From assembly GCF_009914755.1 (NCBI RefSeq), contig NC_060938.1: a stretch of 64,000 nucleotides of DNA, one strand, 5' to 3'. Shown here one piece after another: positions 57,191 through 64,000 of the stretch. A model generated the notes under the pieces. It had not been told where the DNA came from, made no database searches, and saw only the letters and a program-made list of their open reading frames with translations. The stretch is from the human T2T-CHM13v2.0 reference genome, Homo sapiens. A program made the translations under genes and the position numbers. Within the stretch, counting starts at the first letter, position 1; every line of letters begins with the position of its first letter.

Positions 57191-58299
57191 GCAAAATTTA
57201 AACTTCCTTACATGACCTCTAATATCCTCCACAATTGGACAACAGCTACCTGATATTTGAACCATTCAGGCTTTTTTTTTTTTTGGTCTGAATTAATTAT
57301 ATATTTTTAAATCTGTGTGTTTCACTCCAGTTTGGTGTTTGCTCACTCTCTAGTCTGCTAACGCCCTGTGTTTTCATGGTCCACTATCTTGAAGCTTCAA
57401 GTTATCTACTTGGTCAAAATTAGTTATTGGAGTTTACAGAGAACTTTTTAAAAATCTCTTTATTTTTCATGTAATTTTTTCTCTCTTATCCACCTAAAGC
57501 ATTGTTTATGTGACTATTCTTTAGCCTTGAAGGTCGAAAAAGGTTTTATTTATCTTTATACTCAAGACAGAACTAACCACAGTGCTTTCAAAAATTAGGG
57601 TTTTATCAAATTAGGTAATAAGAATTATTTCCCAGGATGATTTGCAGACAGTATGGCATGTACTATCTTCTAAAAAGAACTAACCTCAAAGGGCTTATAA
57701 ATTGCTGTACCATGAAAGAGAGATATTAAAATCAAACTAATTACTTGACTTCACATAAATAAAGCATAAGATATATTAGAAATTTTCAGTTTCTAAATAT
57801 TAATATGAAAAGGAAAAACATGAAACATATATATTTTTAAATAAAAGTATTAATACAAGAAATTGAAAGTGAAAAGTTTTAGTCTGTATTACAATTGTAG
57901 TAAGAAAGGCCAAATATCAAAGTTGGAATATTTATTTTTAGGACTAATAACAGTTTGTTAAGCTAGACAAATAATAACATAACATACGTAGTAGCTAAGT
58001 TCAAGAAAGATCTAAAGAAATGTCATGTATCACTAATTCATGAGTAGTTATTCTAAAAATTTAGAAATCAAATAAGAAAATTATATTATTTTCTTATTAC
58101 TTAAATGCTTTTTTATTACTTACATATATTTATTTTATAATATATAATATAATTTAAATTAAATATATTTAAATTCATGTATATAATTATATATGAAAAT
58201 AATACACTATTGAAGGAAGCAGTAATAATAATACTAGTAATAACATTCAACCCTTATTTCTAGTAATCAATATCATAAACAAGATATCTCCCAGGGAAC

Positions 58300-60056
58300 C
58301 CAAAATAATGGCAGCAGTTTAAACCCATACCCCTAAATACTATTTAAAATTTAAAACAGAAGATCAAGGATACATAAAAATACCAAAACAACATTCTTTC
58401 AGCATACCTGAAGACAAAAAAAAAATGCTCAAAATTTGAATTATCTGCATATTAAAAAAAAGAAGTAAAACACGAAATACCGAGAAGCAATCTCTCACAC
58501 TTTTGCCACAAGTCTTTGACATGAACAGGGTTAGTCCAAGAAAAACTCCATGGAAGAGGGAAAAGAGGACATAGTAGTTTATCTCAAATGTGGAGCATTA
58601 CTGCTCCATGAAAAGTACCTCCACTGTTTGAATGCAAATATTGAAAAAGTGTCCTGGTAGATCACAGCACTTAAAAACACATGCTATTTGAGGAGCCCAT
58701 GTTTGAAAAGTATAACCACTAGGGGAGAAAACGGTTAAATGGTATGAATAAGTATCACTTGGCAGTTGGATGGTGAAAAAACAAAAAAAGAAGCAAATTT
58801 TATATATTAGGACACTAAAGAAAAATTTATTATTGAATTAGGAATCATGCAAACGTTCCAAATCCACAAAATAAATAGATAAAAACTAAATAATATTATT
58901 AAAACTTACAAGAATTCAGGAAACACAGAACAAACACACCTTAGCTGATAACATTCACCTATCCAAACTAAATTTAGTGTATTTAAACTGATTTGTGTAT
59001 ATCCAGAATAGTGTTTGGGAAAATTAGAAACCATCAATTACAAATTCATTTTTTTTAAAAAAAGAAATAAATATTTTAAAAAATGTTGATTGAAAGAAGG
59101 TTGGTTGGAAGACAGGAACATAATCATCTTCAACATGAAGTATAATTTACAAGAAGGTCCAAGGTAAATGGATTTGAATGGAAATGGAGTAAGTCATTAA
59201 GGAAAGTTAACACCGTAAAAATAAATGGAGGTTAAAAAAGAGGTGAAAAAGTCAGAGATAAAATGGTAAAAATGGAAGGCTAATAAAATAATAACAACAA
59301 CACATATAATCAGAGGCCCTAAAAAACAAATATTTAAATCTATAATCCAAGACAACTCCCCAAAAGGCCTAAGTGAATATATTAAAAGGGAATGTGAGTA
59401 TTTGTGCAACATTAAGCAACAATAATCAAACCTAAGACTTATAAAACTATTCAATTTCACAAAGGTCTTCAGGCAAAATATTGAATAACTGACTAGGACA
59501 AAGGTACTAGACTGGCATTGTCACCCAAACAACCAGTGAGCACACCTAACTCCCAGATTTTGTTTTCTAAATGCTTACCCTCCAATAGAACAACCCAGAG
59601 CTCCTTGGAAAAATGGCTTTTTGTTGAGGAAAGAAAAGTGCATGATGAGCCTTGAAAATGCTGTGGTCCCAGAAAACAGGAAAGTGCTAGCTGCAACATT
59701 GGTCTTCTCCATTGATCTTTCATTGGTATTTTTACAGTTTCCAATGCCTAGAAGTATGGATGCTTTTTCTGTTCCACTTTAATTCAGTCTGCCCCTTCCA
59801 GCAGCAAATCTGTTGTTTTTTGCAATGCGAAGTTTGGTGGGGAGGGTGGATTAAGAGTAGGAAGCCCCTCAGATGAACCGCAGACTCCCTCCCATTGTTC
59901 TTACCTGGAGTTCAGTGATTTGTCTTGAATAAAGGACTCTCAGTTTGTTGTTTGCCTCAATTTACAGACCTGGTTTTGATAACTTCATCAGGTTTTATCA
60001 TTAAGTTTTGGGAAGAGATTTTCACGTTTCTCTCTCTGCCATTCTGGAATCCTCCT
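58300..60056. mobile_element. Cluster of decayed old L1 fragments (ORF1-like +, L1MC-like 3' +, 5' region -)
   Basis: Strand-skewed composition; 'ctcccagattttgttttctaaa...ccagagctccttggaaaaatggct'; 'ctgccattctggaa'. Confidence 0.5.
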
Positions 60057-61510
60057 GGTCTGAGTCTAGTCTTTAGCTCCAGTTTGCTTGGCTGAAATGG
60101 TCACACAAAACCTTCTTGACTGTCATTTTTATTCAGAATGTATAACAAAATAATAATGGGAACAACTAAAAAGTACCTAATAAGAAGAAATCCAACAATC
60201 AAATTATTTATAATAAAAGCTTTATATATGTAAAAGGAAAGGCATTATATTTATCTGTAGGTTGTTGTTTTTTTCAACATCAGCTTGACTACAGACAATG
60301 TGTTGGGCATATGCCATTGAGTTTTATCTCCAGATCACAATTGCCTGATATAAAATAAAGGTGTTTGCCTAGATTTTCTTTAGGCTTCTTTCATTCAGAA
60401 ATTCTATGGTTCCATGAGAAAATAGCTAAGATGTCAGTTTCTACAACAAATACATAGGAAGTCTAAATAATTGTGAAGCCTAAAATAAGTGTGATGAATG
60501 TGTGAATTGCCCCTAACCTAGGAAGGAAGAGAATTGTGAATTCGTATGACTATGTGAGAATATTAATATCGTAATCAATGTTAAGTTTGATTTGTATGCT
60601 GGTTATACATAACTAGCCTTAGAAGGTCAGTCATGAAAAAGGTTGTACTTGCCAGAAACCTTTTTAGTCAAGACATCATAAAAGGACAAGAAGTGAAAAA
60701 TACTTAAATTATACATTGTATGTAATGACATTGAACTGGAAGGAGATAGGCTAATGTATCTTTTGGATATTGAATCTCAGTGATCCCCAGGCTGGATATT
60801 AGTAAGATTTGAATATCATTCAGTTGAACAATTTTCCTTCAAAATTTTGCTTAAATGAATTTAATTTCCTTAATTAAAGTTACTAAATATAAAATCATTT
60901 GATAGCCAAAAGGTCAGATGCTTGCTTTATTTTAAGAAGTGCAAAACTGTTCAACTTGAATGATTTATTATAATGGAAATTGAATCCAATGATTCATTTG
61001 AGAAAACTGCAAAAGATTATCTTTGGTATTTGTAGTCATTCTTAAACATTTGTACTTGATTCTAAATTTGCCCTAGCTTTGGGCCCTGAGTTGTGACACA
61101 AATGTAATACTTGAAAATAATTATTGTGCTGCATGCCTGAGACTGGAAAGAAGTCAAGTGTTTCTAAATCAGACTCAAAAAGTGGCAATAATGAGGAATA
61201 AATGATAGCTGCACACATTCTCCACTAATTTTCTAAATATTTCTTTTCACAATAAAGAGGAATTATGTGGGTGGGTAAAAATATACCATAAAACACATAT
61301 AGAGTCAATACCAGTCAATGGATGAAAAAAACAGATTATCCTAGCAAGCTATTCCAGTAACTAATCAGCAATTATTTATTAAGTTCCTAACACGGGTTTA
61401 TCATGTGGTAAGTTTGCTACACATCATTGAGAAAAAGTAAAATATATACACGTATATATGGTAAGTGATTTAGTTTAGTTAAAATCAAGATAGGTTTATG
61501 TAGTTTGGAT

Positions 61511-61669
61511 TATTCAGTGTGTTTAAGGTGCACACAAGTTATCTGGGAATTTGTTGAAATGCAATTCTGACTTACTGGATGTAGAATGGGATCTGAGATT
61601 CAGCATTTCCAACAAGCTGCCAGCTGATGCCAATGTAACTGGTGCATGAACCACACGTTGAGTAGCAAA
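61511..61669. mobile_element. MER5B-like hAT-Charlie element
   Basis: 'aaatgcaattctga...gagattcagcatttccaacaagctgccagctgatgc...ccacacgttgagtagcaa'. Confidence 0.75.
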
Positions 61670-63641
61670 AGATGAAGACTATCTTCAGTGTTCTCCAAAA
61701 GAATGACTCAACTTTTACAATCAGATTTAAAATACACGAGTTGTTAATCATGTTTCTGAGGAACTGTTCTCACTTCTTACTTTGTTCTTGATGAATCAAG
61801 TTTTAATGAACTGAGAAAGATAATAAACAATAAATGATCCTTCCACATTATTTTGCTGGATTTTATATTGTTTAATATTTGTATGTTTAGTTCTTATCTT
61901 CCTGAGTTTGAAAATGCATTCTATTCAGTCATTGTATTTCATACTTATTATTCATTTCTCAAACAACTAACCCATTTGCTTTACAAATAAGTATTATTTG
62001 AAGAGGTTGAATGTCCACCAAATATCAAGGAGTTTGCTTTGCCAAAACAGTCATGAGAAATCTGATTTAGATTTAGAAATGTTGAAAGGGTATTAAGTTA
62101 GCCAAGTTCAAAATTATTTTTGTTTAGAAAATAAATCAATCTAGTCTAATAAGTGTTTAAAGAAATAGAAAAGATAAGTTTTCTGATTTTAATTTTAAAA
62201 TATTAAAATGCTTTGAAATGTTGGACTAGTATCCCCATGAGTGTTTATCACACATGTTCCTCATGTTCAGGCTGGTGTTTCTTGCCATGTACTGCTTTCT
62301 TTGCCATTGGTTGGACCGTTTCCTTTCTTGCACTCTCTATCGAAACATTTTAATAATGACCCGAATCCAATTGGTCTTGGCTTTCTCCTTTAACTCCCAT
62401 CTTTTTTTCTTCCTTTCTTGCCAGTTTGGGCACATGCCACGGTATTCCAAATCCTAAATATCACCAGGCCATTTATTGAGGGATTCTCCTCTTAGATTTC
62501 ACCTTGTTATAAAATATTAGCATAGCAGAGACACTGAAGGGAAAAAAAAGTAACATAAAAATCAAAACTTCATTAGAGTTAGTTTTTCTCTGGGGATTGG
62601 CAATCACTTCAAAATTGGTAATCACTGCAAATCACTGAAAATGTTACTCTTAAACAAGTTGATTATAAACAACAGGAAGGCACGGGGAAGCTTCCCTAAT
62701 GAATGAGTTCACCTTACCTCCCAGCCATCCAAGAGTTAGAGGAGCTGTGGGGAATTACATCCTCTCCACTCTCCGGCTGATTAAAAGGCTGACTCTTTCC
62801 TTAAGCCTCCTGGAAACTTCAGAAAGAGACACAGGTGGAGGGTCCCCAAAATGAAAAATATTAGAATCTGGAGCAGGGTAAAGCATACTGAGAGAAATAA
62901 ATCTTCTCCTTTGGGAAAAAGATAAAGAAGCATTGCTTGGAAAATAAATATATTTTTGTAGCACTCAGTACTCAAATTACCATGTTAAACTTTCAATAGA
63001 GTCTCATTAATTCAGCCACATGCAATTAAAATGTTGTGTTTCAATATGCAAGACGAGGACACATGAGGAAAATGTTAAGCCAGATGACAGGACACTCAGG
63101 TCAGAAGGAAAGAAAACCTCACAATGGAGTGGAAAGTTGTTTTCTTGGGAAAAGGCACATTTTTCATTATTTCTGTATTTCTAACAAGGAAGGAAAATCC
63201 AAAATTGTGTGAAAAATCTGTTTGGTTCAACAGAGTCCTAACACATACCATTAAAGGGACATATACAGAGAGAAATTATTCTGTCGATCACCAATGTAAA
63301 GCTCTTCTTTAAATGGAAAGAGAAGTGCAAGGTTCAGATGAGAGTGAGCAATCTGTGCTTCTGTTTATGCAATAAATGACAAGGGGTTCTAAGAAGAAAA
63401 AAAAGCAACTGATATTTTCAGTGAAAGCAATATTGTTTTCTTCCTCTAAGCAGAAAATACACAAAGAGGTTAGACTAATCTGATAGAAATAAGAGGTCAA
63501 CGACTGGCTCCACTGAAATGTCTGCAGGGTACTTCAAGTGAAATTCACCAGTAAAGCAGTTCAAATATATAAACACTTGGTTTAAATATGAAAGTATGTG
63601 TGTGCATGCTATGCAGTTCCATTTCTACTCATTGTTCTTTA

Positions 63642-64000
63642 AAAGTAGGCAGAATTCTGAGATAACCAACAAAATCTCCACACCTTGGTGCACAGGCTCT
63701 GTATAATCCCTCCCTTTTAGTGTGGGCAGGACTAAAGGTATGATAAATGTCACATCCATAATTAGGACATGTTTTATGTTAAAAGTGAAGGGATTTTGCA
63801 GATATAATTATAGTCTCAATTCAGTTCATCTTGAGTTAATCAAAACTGAGATTATCCTAGGTGAGCCTGACCTAATCGGATGAGCCCTTCAAAAGAACTG
63901 GTCCCTTTCTGAAATCAGATTCAAATCATGAGAGAAATTCTTCTGTTGGCTTAGAGAAAAACAAACAGGTAAGTTGTGAGAGGATCTATGGGGGCAGTTT
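63642..64000 (+). mobile_element. MLT1E-like LTR (cut by window end)
   Basis: 'gtaggcagaattctgagat', 'gggattttgcagatataatta', 'gagattatcctaggtgagcctgacctaatc'. Confidence 0.85.

Overview
AT-rich, CpG-depleted primate genomic DNA (human-like: AluY/S/J, L1PA, THE1/MST, Tigger1), consistent with a gene desert or large intron. I recognise no protein-coding exon, tRNA/rRNA gene, CpG island or CRISPR-like array. The longer ORFs in the track are Alu, L1 or Tigger1 fossils or chance ORFs. Repeat subfamily names come from recalled consensus motifs, not a database search. I cannot support a new 'biological system' here. The most notable structures are: (i) two locally templated 150-170 bp insertions, one inverted (17258-17428 vs 18165-18336) and one direct, flanked by a ~30-bp duplication (53246-53400 vs 54740-54891); (ii) a probable L1 3' transduction carrying an ERV-internal fragment with a palindromic 44-bp AT minisatellite; (iii) an old-type but CpG-rich Alu nested in an AluY; (iv) a near full-length Tigger1 with both TIRs; (v) several candidate non-coding exons with good splice signals.
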